Notes: a model not told the origin generated them from the sequence alone. Shown: positions 28,430 to 41,680, counted from the first letter of the stretch. The stretch: DNA of 64,000 bases from Octopus vulgaris (GCA_951406725.2 OX597826.1:8370001-8434000); one strand, 5' to 3'. A program made the numbers and translations.

Positions 28430-29399
28430 GTATCACTACTATTGTGTTGTTGTTACCTGTTTATTTATTTAGCGCCCTTCTCATCAGAATACGCGCATCT
28501 ATGTGCAATTGGGTACACTGTGCTTCTGAGAGTTTTAAACGAAACGCTGAGTGCCCTAACCTCCGACAATGGTACGTATCTACAACTAAGTCACCTGGAA
28601 TTTTAACTATAAAGCATCTTAGTCGCGTAGTGGTCAAAAACACACATAAAGTGGACTCCTCCACAACCTAAACTGGATTGCTCAGAACTAAATGAGTTTG
28701 CTTGTAGACACACTATAGTGGACTATTTTACATTGTGTTATCTATTCTCAGACTGAAGCGTTGACAGCTAGTTGCATGTACCTATTATTATTGCATGTAC
28801 GTATTATTACAGACAGTCATCTTACGTCATTTACCATAGAATTATCCACGAATTCGAAAGCAAACGGCCGTTTCCTCATAGATGCAAAAGATGTTGGCCC
28901 AAACCGTAGGACACCAGATCACAGATGCTACACAATTTTGTCCTATCACTTAACGGTCTGGCATAATTCTTTATTTTTTAATTCTTTTTTTTTTTTGTTT
29001 ACTGTCGGCAAACTTTGTATTTTCATTCTGTCTTCGATAAAGAGAACATGAAGTGAAATTGATTTCGTCGACTCGAGCGAGTTTGTGTAAAAATTGGCTT
29101 AGTATCCCATTTATACGGGAAAATACTTTGTGGGTGGGGGTGCGTGTGTGTGTGTGTGTGTGTGTGTACATCGCAGTTGCTACCAAACGCTTTTATATAC
29201 ATATATGCATTTCTAGTATTTTATACTTCGAATATACTTATGATTTTCTATGTATACTTGAACGTATATAACACTAAAATACATATATTTATGCATATAA
29301 ATGCATACACTAATACAATAGCCGCACATTTCGATTGATAGTTAGATATTCATATACATACATATGTACGTGTATATATATATATATCAAAATATCTAC

Positions 29400-29487
<88 letters not shown>

Positions 29488-29525
29488 ATATATATATATA
29501 TATATAGATAGATAGATAGATAGAT

Positions 29526-29645
<120 letters not shown>

Positions 29646-29964
29646 GTAGTTAGATAGATAGACAGATACATATATATGCATATATTCGTATACGTACATG
29701 CGTACACATATGTGTATATATGTGTACATTTTTTGGTTTCAATACATTAGCAAATATACATGTGTACATGAGTATAGATACATAGCCAGAAAGATACATA
29801 TACACTTTATCACACACACAGTCACACACACATACATACATACAAACATGTGTATGAGTGTGTGCGCTTGTGTGCTTATGTGTGTGTGTGTGTGCGTGTG
29901 TACGACTCTGTGTGTGTGTGTGTGCGTGTGTACGACTCTGTGTGTGTGTGTGTGTGTGTGCGTA

Positions 29965-30125
29965 TGATGGGATATCTTCAGTTTCCATCTATTAAATCCA
30001 TTCATAAGGCTTTGGTCGGCCAGAAGCTATTTTACAAGAGATTTTTCTATGGTGCAACGCAGTGGCACTCAACCCGGAACCACGAGGCTGGAAAGCAAAT
30101 CTATTAACTCACAGCCACGCCTGTA
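29965..30125 (-). mobile_element. SINE family A, 5' half, degenerate
   Basis: cttcagtttccatctattaaatccattcataaggctttggtcggcc..acccggaacca..cacagccacgcct. Confidence 0.8.
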
Positions 30126-30128
30126 CCT

Positions 30129-30208
<80 letters not shown>

Positions 30209-30261
30209 CAAGAAACGAAGGAAAAAACTCCTTCAATGGGGTGTAAAACATCCACCTTGTA

Positions 30262-30503
30262 CGTCTGTATATATGTATGTGTGCGTGTGTTTTTGTGTCT
30301 GTCACCCCATCACCGCTTGACAACGGGTGTTGGTATGTTTACTTTCTCTTATCTTAACGGTTCGGCAAAAGAGATCCCTTCAATAAGTACTAGGCTTTAA
30401 AATAAGACCTGAGCTTCGATTTGTTCGACTTTAAACTTTCAAACTAGTGCTCCAGCATGGCCGCAGTCAAGTGACTGAAAGAAGTACAAGAATAAAAGAA
30501 TAA
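30262..30503 (+). mobile_element. SINE family A, 3' half
   Basis: cgcttgacaac..ggttcggcaaaagag..gtgctccagcatggccgcagtcaagtgactgaaa. Confidence 0.85.
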
Positions 30504-30504
30504 A

Positions 30505-30922
30505 GGAGTATGTGTGTATGTGTGGTAAGAAGCTTGCTTACCAACCACATTGTTCCGGATTCATTCCCACTGCGTGACACCTTGGGCAAGTGTCTTCTAC
30601 TATAGCCTCGGGCCGACCAAAGCCTTGTGAGTGGATTTGGTAGACGAAAACTGAAAGAAGCCCGACGTATATATGTATATATATATATGTATGTGTGTGT
30701 GTGTGTTTGTTTGTCTGTGTTTGCCCCCCCCCCCCCCCAACATCGTTTGACAACCGACGCTGGTGCGTTTACGTCCCCGTAACTTAGCGGTTCGGCAAAA
30801 GAAACCGATAGAATAAGTACCTTACTTCCAAAGTATAAGTCCTCGGGTCGATTTGCTCGACTAAAGGCGGTGCTCCAACATGGCCACAATCAAATGACTG
30901 AAACAAGTAAATGAGTAAAAGA
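30505..30922 (+). mobile_element. SINE family A, full length
   Basis: tgtggtaagaagcttgcttaccaaccac..ccttgggcaagtgtcttctactatagcc..tgactgaaacaagtaa. Confidence 0.92.
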
Positions 30923-30948
30923 ATATATATACATACGTGTGTGTGTGT

Positions 30949-30980
<32 letters not shown>

Positions 30981-31546
30981 ACAATCAGAGATAGAGAGAG
31001 AGAGAGAGAAAAAGTGAAAGGAGTTAGAGACAAGCGAAAAGACAACCAGACAGGCTGATAGATAAATATGTAGATAGATACATACTTACATACATACATG
31101 CATACATACATACATGCATACATACATACATACATACATACATACATACATACATACATACATACATACATACATACATACATACATACATACACGCATG
31201 CAGACTCAAAACACTTCTGTGCATGACGTAAATATCCACACAAGTGTACTTTTACTTACATTTCGTTGTACGTTCGCATCACTTTGTCTGTGTACTTAGA
31301 ACATTACTTGACAGAAGCTGCATTCAAGTCAATCAGCTCTACGTCAATTCGGAGAAGTTACGGAAGACATATTGGCATTCACAGATGACATATTGTCTTT
31401 CGATAAACGACATTTTGTCTGTCATCCTTAAATATGCATTTTGCCAGTTTCTTGAAAATACAATAAGGAATAAAATAAAATCTGAAGCAGAGACTTTCGT
31501 AGACGTTTCGTTCGTGTATGTATGTATGTATATGTGAGTATGCGTG

Positions 31547-31600
<54 letters not shown>

Positions 31601-31652
31601 GGCATACATGTATATGTATATTTACACATATATATGCATACATACATACATA

Positions 31653-31706
<54 letters not shown>

Positions 31707-32767
31707 TTACGTACATATATATATACATATGCTTGTATATAGTGATATATAGTGATATATAGTGATACTTATATACCAGTGTGTATATATATATATATAT
31801 ATATAGTTGCATATATATAAATAGTTAAGTGTATATATATATATGTATGTGTGTGTGTGTGTGTAAACATGTTTATGTGTATGTATGTAACTACGTATGT
31901 ATCTGTGGTTCGAGAAAAATTGCTTGTTGAATAATTCTCGTACATACAATTCACACTCTGGGAATTGCTAAGAAGACAAACTGCCTGAAATAGAGGAAAT
32001 TTTCTTGTTAAAACTCGAGCTGCGTAAATTGATTTGCTTCTGTCGTTTGCCGTTGCAAAAAATATGGGACATTATTTAGGGTGCATCCTTTTAAACTAGT
32101 GGGTGTTGTCTTGTTTACATCATATGTTTATAAACCATTGTTATTGTTATTGTCGCTTTGGGTTCTAATTTATCCTTATTGAAATCACCTAATTACTATA
32201 GATTTTGTAGTTCGTCATCTGCTGTCCTCTGCGTATTGGGCCTTTGATGTACATAACATAAAGTATAGTTATAGTTGTTGAAAATTGATTTATAAGTGAA
32301 GAGGTGTGCTTGAACTATGCGCCAGTAGACCGATGTATGCGCCTGTAGAAAGCTCTTACACTATCTCATCAGGGTAATCGAAGTTCTTTAGGTCCTTACG
32401 ATTGGTCCTAAGTTACTGACATTGATATTATCAAGAAAATTGTATCTGCTGGTATTATCTCTTCTTTTTGTTATCTTTTCAAACGCTTTCTATATATATT
32501 TACGTTGTTATTTCTTGTTCATTGCATTGCTTCTAGCTAGTTTCATGGGAATAATACATTGAAATCATTACTATCACCCTCTTTTCTATAATTATGATTA
32601 TTAACAGTAGTATTCCAGTTAGCAGTGTAATAATGTTTTCTACTGTTAGCTGAAGGTCTGAAATTTGTGAGAAGCGGGGCCAGTCGATTACACCGACCCC
32701 TCTGGTCAGCTATCAAGGACGAACGGGATGAAAAACTTCAGACAAAAATCATGCCTCCTCATTGAAA

Positions 32768-33230
32768 TGACTGTCCCAATCGAACTCGGAACCTTGGGGT
32801 TAGTAGCCTGCGCTCTGAAGCACTATGTCCGCGGGCATATGGCGTAGTGCTTAAGGGCGCGGGCTACTAACGTCAAGATTCCTAGTTCCATTCCAGGCAG
32901 TGACATGAAGAAGAAGAAGAAGAAGAAGAAGAAGAAGAAGAAGAAGAAGAAAAATGACGACGACGACGATGATGACGATGACGATGATGATGACGATGAT
33001 GACGATGACGACGATGACGATGATGACGATGACGATGATCCCGATGACGATGATGATGATGATGATAGCAACAACAGCAACATCGATAAATACCTTAGGA
33101 ATGAGAACGCAGGTTCGAAATTTCCCCAAGACACCTGATGAAGGCTGGAGGCTATATCAGCTGAAACGTTGTGTTAACAACAAACAAGATGAAGACAAAT
33201 ATCCGTCAAATGTAAATAATGTAAATAATA
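32768..33230 (+). mobile_element. Composite element: inverted tRNA-like heads, trinucleotide spacer, and hammerhead-containing tail
   Basis: Head 32833-32904 (A box tggcgtagtg, B box agttccattcc) mirrored at 32768-32827; (GAA)n(GAT)n spacer; tail 33080-33230. Confidence 0.7.
33130..33175 (+). ncRNA. Type I hammerhead ribozyme motif, intact core
   Basis: gacac-CTGATGA-A-GGCTGG aggctata TCAGCT-GAAAC-GTT^-gtgtt. Confidence 0.75.
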
Positions 33231-33477
33231 TCGTCCAGATTCTAACGCTAACCTGCGGGCCAACGAAGGAGCAGCTAAATGGTGGCTCAAATCTAGAGTA
33301 AAAGGAACCAAATTTCTAATCGTACTGAATCGAAAATAGAAATGCTCGTGGGAAAATGTACTCATACATTATTCACTTCAACAGCTGGAATACATGTAAA
33401 CATAGACCTAATCGATAATAGCGAATCGGATTTTCTTTTTAAATTCTCAAAACTGCCCTTTAAGTTACTAAATTTTT

Positions 33478-33711
33478 CATCTTTTATTTGTCTTAGTCAT
33501 TGGACTACGCTCATAATGACAGCTTGAAAGTGTTTTAGTCAAACAAATCTATCTCAGTGGTTGCTTTCTTTTATAAAGCTTTGTACTTATTCTATCGGTT
33601 ATTTCTGCCGAACCGCTAGATTACATGACTGGACAAACAAACACCAGTTGTGAAGCAGTGGTGTGAGAAACATAGATACAATGACGCGTACCCATTCATA
33701 CACACACACAC

Positions 33712-33772
<61 letters not shown>

Positions 33773-33952
33773 TACACACACATACATGTAAATCTGTATA
33801 AAGGACGAGCTTCCAAAATTTCCGACTACCAAATTCACTCACAAGCCGTTGATGAGCCCGAGTCGATAGTAGAAGACACTAGTCTAAGGTGTCAAGTAGA
33901 ACTCAAAACCTCGTGGTTACCAACGAGCGCCTTAACCCCACAGCCTTGGCTA
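33478..33952 (-). mobile_element. SINE family A, degenerate full length
   Basis: gtacttattctatcgg..tgccgaaccgcta..ctaccaaattcactcacaag..tagtagaagacact..cacagcc. Confidence 0.8.
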
Positions 33953-34504
33953 CGAGAACACCGAACACAAAAATGATCAAATTGCCGTCCTGTAGACTGT
34001 ATCGATCGATGAACATACTAGACCATAAACCATATATCGAATCGATTACCTGATTGATTCTTTCAAAAACCATATGATTGCTAGTCGAACATCATGCTGT
34101 CAAAGAAAGACTTTAAGTGCAACAATAGTCGGACACGTCAAATTGAACGAGGTCGCCATTTTTTTCTATATTCTTTCCCTTTTTCCTATCAGCTTCGCTC
34201 AATTTAACGTAACACTCGTCAACACACAGTCTCACTAATTACTTATATGTAACGCATTTTCTACAAAGTGACCTTCTTAATTCTGTGTTTCTGCATGTTT
34301 ACGCATATCTACGCACATACAAACATATATATACGCATACACACATACATATGCATATATATATATATATACATACATACACACACATATATACATACAC
34401 ACATATACATATACAAACACACAGATATACATATATATACATTTATATAAATAATACTGCATAGATTAAATGTAAGATTTATAATAAAAAATATATTATA
34501 AATG

Positions 34505-34668
34505 CAAGCATGGCCGTGTCGTTAAAGTGATCGCTGTTAATCCAGGTGGATTCAGGCTCAATCCTACAGCATGTCGACATGGACAAGTGTCCTTTACTAT
34601 AACACCGTGCTGGCTAACCAAAATTTGGTAGATAGATGGTGGAAGACCTTCGTTGATATATATATATC

Positions 34669-34707
<39 letters not shown>

Positions 34708-35052
34708 ACATATATATACACACACAGACACACATATGTTTCAGCCCTGAGGTTGTGGTGTGCTGGGGCACTGCCAGTGATACACACATAGACACACACA
34801 CACACACACTCACGCACGCACACACATACATATATATAGACATAATTATGCGTTTATCGCCTCACCGTTTGACAACTGTTGTCGGTGTTTTTATTCCTTT
34901 TTTTGCATATCGGTTCAACAAAAAGTGACTGATAGAATAAGTATCAGATTTACATAAATGATAAGTTGATCGACTTATTCAACTAAATGCTTTAAAGTGG
35001 TTCCAAAACATAGCTGCGATCCAGAGACCGAAACATATAAACTATAAAAGAG
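34505..35052 (+). mobile_element. SINE family A, degenerate, with expanded internal microsatellite
   Basis: atggacaagtgtcctttactata..atttggtagatag..cgtttgacaac..gatagaataagta. Confidence 0.7.
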
Positions 35053-35336
35053 AAAATATAAATAGACTTTATTTATATATTTTAATTTTGTAGTTTAAAA
35101 TTAAAACAAATAAATATACTCTATTTATTAATTTTAATTTGTGCTTATATATCTTATATCACAATTTCAGAACAATTCATTGATTAAATTGAAATTTGAG
35201 TGAAGGCATTCAAGGAGCTGGTCAGTAAAAGCTAGCTGAGAACCATTTGGATGGGAATAAGGCATCGTCATTACAGGAGCATACTGATGGCCATATATAT
35301 ATATATATATAGACGCAGGAGTGGCTGTGTGGAAGT

Positions 35337-35795
35337 AGCTATCAGGAGGCGTTCGATGTATCCTAGGGCTATACAACGGTGGTGTACCCCCTACTGTCAC
35401 GTTCTTGTTAGATTGACAGTATACAACCATTCTATCGCCCCACCACCGTACATGTCTCTACGAGAGATTTAGAAATTCAATATTTCTTATTTTGATAATC
35501 AGTGAATAAACTTCACTGAGTATACATATATACAATTATGAAGTCGAGGAAAATATCACCAGCCGACCGGTGTCTGCTACTCTAGGCCGATGAAGGACAA
35601 TGATCCTGAAACACGGTGTCCCTAGATGCAGTTCCGGCGGCCGGGGGTGTTTGTCTCCCCTTCGTATATGTATATAAGGACACAGGGAAAAAATGTCTCG
35701 AAGCTATCAGGAGGCGTTCGATGCCTCCTAGGGCTATACAACGGTGGTGTACCCCCTACTGTCACGTTCTTGTTAGATTGACAGTATACAACCAT

Positions 35796-35798
<3 letters not shown>
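35337..35798 (+). repeat. 97-bp direct repeats (35337-35433 and 35702-35798; period 365) bracketing a hammerhead motif
   Basis: Copies differ at only 2 positions (gatgTAtcc versus gatgCCtcc). Confidence 0.92.
35581..35626 (+). ncRNA. Type I hammerhead motif (U4C change in this copy)
   Basis: tctagg-CCGATGA-AGGA caatga TCCT-GAAACAC g GTGTC^-cctaga; all three stems pair. Confidence 0.72.
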
Positions 35799-35842
<44 letters not shown>

Positions 35843-35902
35843 TTAGCCATGATAAGATGGCTTCTATACTTTAAATTATCGAGCAATTACTGTTTCAATC
35901 TC

Positions 35903-35921
35903 ATTCTGAGATTTAATTATG

Positions 35922-35993
<72 letters not shown>

Positions 35994-36012
35994 CATAATT
36001 AAATCTCAGAAT
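35903..36012. repeat. Perfect fold-back: 21-bp unique arms flanking (TA)n
   Basis: attctgagatttaattatgct-(TA)n-agcataattaaatctcagaat. Confidence 0.95.
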
Positions 36013-36624
36013 TATAAAGCAGGTATGACAAAACAGAGAATCTGATTTAAACTCATTTAGTTATTAATCGAAATCAGTGTAATAAATATTCTAGAGTTCA
36101 TCCAGTCAATAATTGATATTTACTGTGTCCTCCTTCTGCCAAAACGCATTAAAGTAGTTATAAAAGCAAAATGAGGGCACATCAATTGCTAAGCATTGAT
36201 GGCATAGACTCTAGAATGTTTATTATACTCTTTTTCAATTATTAAGTTTCAACCATATTCTCTATGATTTTTCATAGCTGCTCCATAATTTTGGCAAAGT
36301 CTGTATATATTTACAATGATAAGCAAAGTATTATGTAACAACAACCGTGTTTGACGGCATAAAAGACACACGGGAACATTAGATGGTGACCACTTTCATC
36401 GGCCCATATTTTCAGAAACGAGATTTTAGTGTATATAGACTAATGCAAGAACAGCTTCGCATAGAGGACCGGGGGTGATTTTTAGGACCAATTTTTCATA
36501 CGTAATCAAACATTGTAAGTACCTTAACTTGGAACATAAACTTTCCAATTTCAGTGCTCTGTGATGCTTTCTCTGTTGAAAAATTAGCAATACAACCATC
36601 TGATAAGTTTTCATAATTTTGAAA

Positions 36625-36835
36625 CAAGTTCAGCAATATCAAGAGAGGATATTAGTCAGCTACATCGACCCCACTGTTCCGCTGATATATATTTCATCAA
36701 CGTCGAAAGGAAAAAAAACAAAGGGGCAAAGTCGACTTCGGTGTTATTTGAACCCAGACCGTAAAGAGCCGGAAGAAATGAACGACACTGAGCTTTTCAC
36801 CCATCTCTCTAACAATCCTACTAGCCCTCCACCTT
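36625..36835 (-). mobile_element. SINE family B, degenerate
   Basis: tacatcgacccca..ggcaaagtcgacttcgg..atttgaacccagaccgtaaaga. Confidence 0.7.
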
Positions 36836-37151
36836 CGTACAACTATGTAATATCTTGGCATAAAGCTAAAGCTAACCATACTCTAACAAGCAGAGAAAAG
36901 AAAGCATCAGTTATATTTCGATCGAATTTATCACTATTCATTTCTAGATATCAGACTTGGCTGTCCATATCAGTCTTCGTATAGCATTCTTTAACCTATT
37001 TATCCGGTCAACATGAGATAAAACAGCGAATCGGGGAAATGTTTTTATTGCAAGTAACGTAAGATAATAAATTCTCCTTGTGCAACCAAACACTTCTTTA
37101 TTTATATTATCTCTTTTCCTTATATACATACATACATACAGACACATATAC

Positions 37152-37201
<50 letters not shown>

Positions 37202-37867
37202 TTAGTAAACTAAGCTTGAGTGATTAAATGACTAGTAGTTTCCATATAGATAAGGAGACACATAACGATGACATTGTATGTACATGCTTGTGTAAACACA
37301 TAAAAGTGTGTATATTCATATGTATGATATATATATATATATGAAATTACATGTACATACATAAATTTAAATATATAAATTATATATATATATATATACA
37401 CGCAAATATATATATAAACATATAACATATGTATATATATATATTTGATATGTTTCGTATTTATAGCTATGTAATAACTAAACATCGCGTTTGTGCATAG
37501 GTATGCATATATGAATATATATATATCTACATACATATGTATGTATGCTTACAGACATACTAAGAAACGTATATACACAAAGACTTATATGAATATGAGA
37601 GAAGGTGTATCAGAACCATCATAAATATCTTGAATATGGTATATTTGTGGATGTGTTTGTGGTTTATTTTCGTATCCGTTTATACTATGTCTGAATATAT
37701 ATATACGCTCATATATATATCCATCCGACGATGTTCTTGTTGTAGACATTATACTACCGTAGCGTCTTTTACTGTTTTATTCCTACGACAAAATGACTCT
37801 CCACACTTGAACAAATACATGTTTAATTTAAGAATCATGGTTATGTTTTTGGCTAAGCAAACGTACA

Positions 37868-38095
37868 AGACGGTGAGCTAGCAGAAACGTTAGCACGCTG
37901 GGCGAAATGCGAAGCCGTATTTCGTCTGCCGTTACGTTCTGAGTTCAATTTCCGCCGAGGTCGACTTTGCCTTTCATCCTTTCGGGGTCGATAAATTAAA
38001 TACCAGTTACGCACTGGAGTCGATGTAATCGACTTAATTCGTTTGTCTGTCCGTGTTTGTTCCCTCTGTGTTTAGCCCCATGTGGGTAGTAAAGA
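37868..38095 (+). mobile_element. SINE family B (tRNA-derived, Meta/MESC-core-like), full length
   Basis: gagctagcagaaacgttagcacg..gagttcaatttccgccgaggtcgactttgcctttcatcctttcggggtcgataaatt. Confidence 0.88.
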
Positions 38096-38411
38096 CATAC
38101 CTGTTTACATACATACATATATACATAAGCTTGCATAAGCAATTCACCTATAATAGAAAGCTTAAGTATCACGCTGTACCTTCGCAGGAGCCTGAAAGCT
38201 CGGGGTCTTCATGTGTTACATCCGTACTCAAATAGGAGTGCATTGCGTCCCATAGCAGAAACAGCCGTAAGCTATTGAAACTCTTTACATAAATTCCTGT
38301 TCCTTTGTCATTTATATAATGTCTTATGATAGTCTGTACTCGACTGCTTTTTCTGAACCATAACTATATTAAGTTCTAACACCTGGTTATTGCCATCACT
38401 ATGCCTAAGCG

Positions 38412-38449
<38 letters not shown>

Positions 38450-38453
<4 letters not shown>

Positions 38454-38656
38454 GATAGGAATGACCACTAAATTGGACACCCTGTATGATAAACATAGAC
38501 GTCAAATCGTCATTACCACGAAGAATGAGTTCTCAAGAAAAATGTTGGCGTTTTACTGAGTTTTTTTTCTTGAGAACACATTCTTCGTAGTAATGACGAT
38601 TTCACGTCTATGTTTAGCATACAAGGTGTCCACGTTAGTGGTCATTCCTCTTAATT
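38450..38656. repeat. About 207-bp hairpin element (arms of about 92 bp, about 90% identical; loop about 20 nt)
   Basis: aggaatgaccactaa..ggacacc.tgtatg.taaacatagacgt.aaatcgtcattac.acgaagaatg.gttctcaagaaaaa and its reverse complement. Confidence 0.93.
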
Positions 38657-38754
38657 TTGTATGTAACAAAATTTTTAATCTTCGGATTTTTTAAATATAC
38701 TAAGTCACTGGTTTTATTTGATTAATATCAATTTCTACCCTTATTATTTAATTT

Positions 38755-38802
<48 letters not shown>

Positions 38803-38803
<1 letters not shown>

Positions 38804-39202
38804 CTTTATCGCTTACGGGGGGCTAAACATGGAGGGGACAAACAAGAACAGACAAAGGGATTAAGTCTATTACATCGACACCAGTACGTAACTGGTACTT
38901 ATTTAATCGACCCCGAAAGGATGAAAGGCAAAGTCGACCTCGGCGGAATTTGAACTCACAACGTAACGGCAGACGAAATACCCATTTCTTTACTACCCAC
39001 AAGGGGCTAAACACAGAGAGGACAAACAAGGACAGACAAAGGGATTAAGTCGATTATATCGACCCCAGTGCGTAACTGGTACTTAATTTATCGACTCCGA
39101 AAGGATGAAAGGCAAAGTTCACCTTGGCGGAATTTGAACTCAGAACGTAACGGCAGACGAAATACGGCTTCGCATTTCGCCCGGCGTGCTAACGATTCTG
39201 CC
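38803..39202 (-). mobile_element. Two tandem SINE family B copies (38803-38983 and 38985-39202)
   Basis: ggctaaaca..gacaaacaag.acagacaaagggattaagtc..gaaaggatgaaaggcaaagt..ggcggaatttgaactca occurs twice. Confidence 0.9.
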
Positions 39203-39211
39203 TTATATATA

Positions 39212-39520
39212 GTGGAGGCGCAATGGCCCAGTAGTTAAGGCAGCGGACTCGCGGTCATAGGATCGCGGTTTCGATTCCCAGACCGGGCGTTGTGAATGTT
39301 TGAGTAAAAACACCTAAAGCTCAATGAGGCTCCAGAAAGGGGTGGTTGCGAACCCTGCCGTATTCTTTCACCACAACTTTCTCTCACTCTTTCTTCCTGT
39401 TTCTGTTGTACCTGTGTTTCGAAGGGCCAGGCTTGTCACTGGCACATTAATTTCACGAGTGGGCTGTTCTCTTGATCGGATCAACTGGAAACCTCGTCGG
39501 CTTAACTGACGGAGTGCCAC
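39212..39520 (+). mobile_element. SINE family C (tRNA-Arg-like head, octopus OR1-like)
   Basis: gtggaggcgcaatggcccagtagttaagg cagcggactcgcggtc..ggtttcgattcccagaccgggcg. Confidence 0.85.
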
Positions 39521-39656
39521 GACGACCATATATATACATATATATATTTATTTATTTATCGATAGATATAAGTTGATATCTTTATGGCACGCAGATTTCC
39601 CCTTAGAACATCAGAAATAATGGGTAAATTACCGTTACAAGGCGGGAAAATAATTG

Positions 39657-39741
39657 TCAGCAAACAACGAAGGGACTCAAACCTGTATCTTTCAAAGACT
39701 GCGGATACATGATTCACCATTAAGCTAAACCGTCCGCTGAC
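39657..39741 (-). other. Degenerate tRNA-like sequence or SINE head
   Basis: Minus strand gacggttTAGCTTAATGGtgaatcatgtatc..gatacaGGTTTGAGTCC, bracketed by gtcagc/gctgac. Confidence 0.4.
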
Positions 39742-40495
39742 AAATTCACCGCCGAATTTAAACGCTAAATACTTTAGCTTCATGGAAAAAACATTTTTAA
39801 ACAAACAAATATTTGTTCATTTATTAAGCATTGAAAATGTGTTTTCTATGGTACAAATGAGATGATATTATTTCGAAAGCAGAGATGCCATTAGAGCAGC
39901 AGAATTACTGGATAAATTTAGTGATTCGGCAGAGAGAAATGAGAGAATAAACACAACGTTTTAAAGAAATATTGTGGTCGATTTCTTAGATTAAGCGCTT
40001 CAATGCATAGCCCCAGCATGGCCGCATCCAAAAACGCCTTCTTTTTAGCATGACGAACACAAAAACAAACGACAAGAAACTTGTAAGAGATATCAAAATC
40101 TACATATAGCAAAAGTTTTTTTCCTTTAGAAAGATTCTTGTGTACAATTTCAGGGAAACTTTGTTACTACTTTTAGCAGGCCGTACGACCACTTATGGGT
40201 TGCCTATCTTAGTGTTGACGCATTGCGGGGCTTTCCATTTCATGTTAGATTTGAATATTTTTGACACAGTGTGAATTCAACGTCTGCTAAAAACATTATT
40301 GGAGTTTACGCAATGCTAAATTTCATCAGCGCGAACTTTAGTAAAAGCGAAGAGAAGGAGTGGAGATACGAAGCGAAACGAATAAATAACTATGAACAGT
40401 CAAAAAGCGGTTGACAGACACAGAGACAGCGAGAAAAGTAGAGCCAGACACATCTCTACTTATGGATTAAAAATTCGATCATTTTATTTCATATA

Positions 40496-40528
<33 letters not shown>

Positions 40529-40561
40529 ATATGTATATATAGATATGTATGTATATATGTA

Positions 40562-40630
<69 letters not shown>

Positions 40631-40633
40631 ATA

Positions 40634-40666
<33 letters not shown>

Positions 40667-40711
40667 ATATATATATATATATATATGTGTGTATGTATGT
40701 ATATATGTATA

Positions 40712-40747
<36 letters not shown>

Positions 40748-41283
40748 TGTATATATGTATATATATATGTATATATGTATGTATGTATGTATGTATACTT
40801 TATTTATATTTTGGCTGTTTAAACACGCACACACACACGTACATACTCACACACACACACATATATATCCGCAAACTATTTCTTTTTTTAGTTTTATCCT
40901 TCTGTGTCTGTGTAAAGAGCGGGAATGTGTTTATGGACGCATACGTTTTGAGTGTGTTGTATATGTGAGGTGTACTTTTCTATGTATGTATGTATGTATA
41001 TACGTATGTATATATAAATGTATGTATGTACTTATGTACGTATGTGTTAATATATGTACGTATGTATGTATGTGTGTATGTATGCATGCATTCATGTGTG
41101 CATACTGTTGATTTGTGAAATATTTGTGAAATGATTAGAAATTTTAACGTTGTAACAATACAACTTTTAACAATACACGTACAGTAAGACTCACCGATGT
41201 GTGTGTGTGTGTTGTCAAATTTTCCGTCAGCTTTTGAATTTTTCCTATTTTTCATGTTAAATCCTTCGTACACACACACACAA

Positions 41284-41316
<33 letters not shown>

Positions 41317-41373
41317 TAAAAATATATACTTTTTTATATAAATATATATATATATATATACGTAGTTTCTATT

Positions 41374-41426
<53 letters not shown>

Positions 41427-41491
41427 GAGAATTTAAATATATATCTATATATATATATATATATAGGGTAGAATTTAAATATATATATATA

Positions 41492-41680
41492 TAGGGAGAA
41501 TTCGCAGAAAAAATCAAAAGACGAAGGTGTAGACAACAAACAGTTTTATTAGTTTAACGCTCGGGAAGTGAAAAAGTCTTTAACGTTTCGAGCTCACTCT
41601 CTTCCTCAGAAAGGAACACAGAAAGAAACAGGGAGAGAAAATAAAGATTTTGTTGTGGCTAGCGATCTATCATGGCGAAT
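41492..41680 (-). mobile_element. Family H1 element with hammerhead motif at 41578-41613
   Basis: Minus strand cttt-CTGAGGA-A-GAG agtgag CTC-GAAAC-GTT^-aaag. Confidence 0.78.

Noticed and set aside
28468-28480. CTGATGA on the minus strand (also at about 32366)
   Set aside because: No GAAA or stems at suitable spacing
31920-32580. Non-repetitive AT-rich stretch, possibly an old retroelement; similar stretch at 43620-45150
   Set aside because: Stops in all frames and no assignable motif
35337-35798. CRISPR-like or LTR interpretation of the direct repeats
   Set aside because: Only two units, eukaryotic context, no TG..CA termini, PBS or TSD
39212-39290. tRNA genes suggested by A/B boxes here and at 32833, 50450 and 51570
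   Set aside because: Cloverleaves are imperfect and continue into repeat bodies; these are SINE heads
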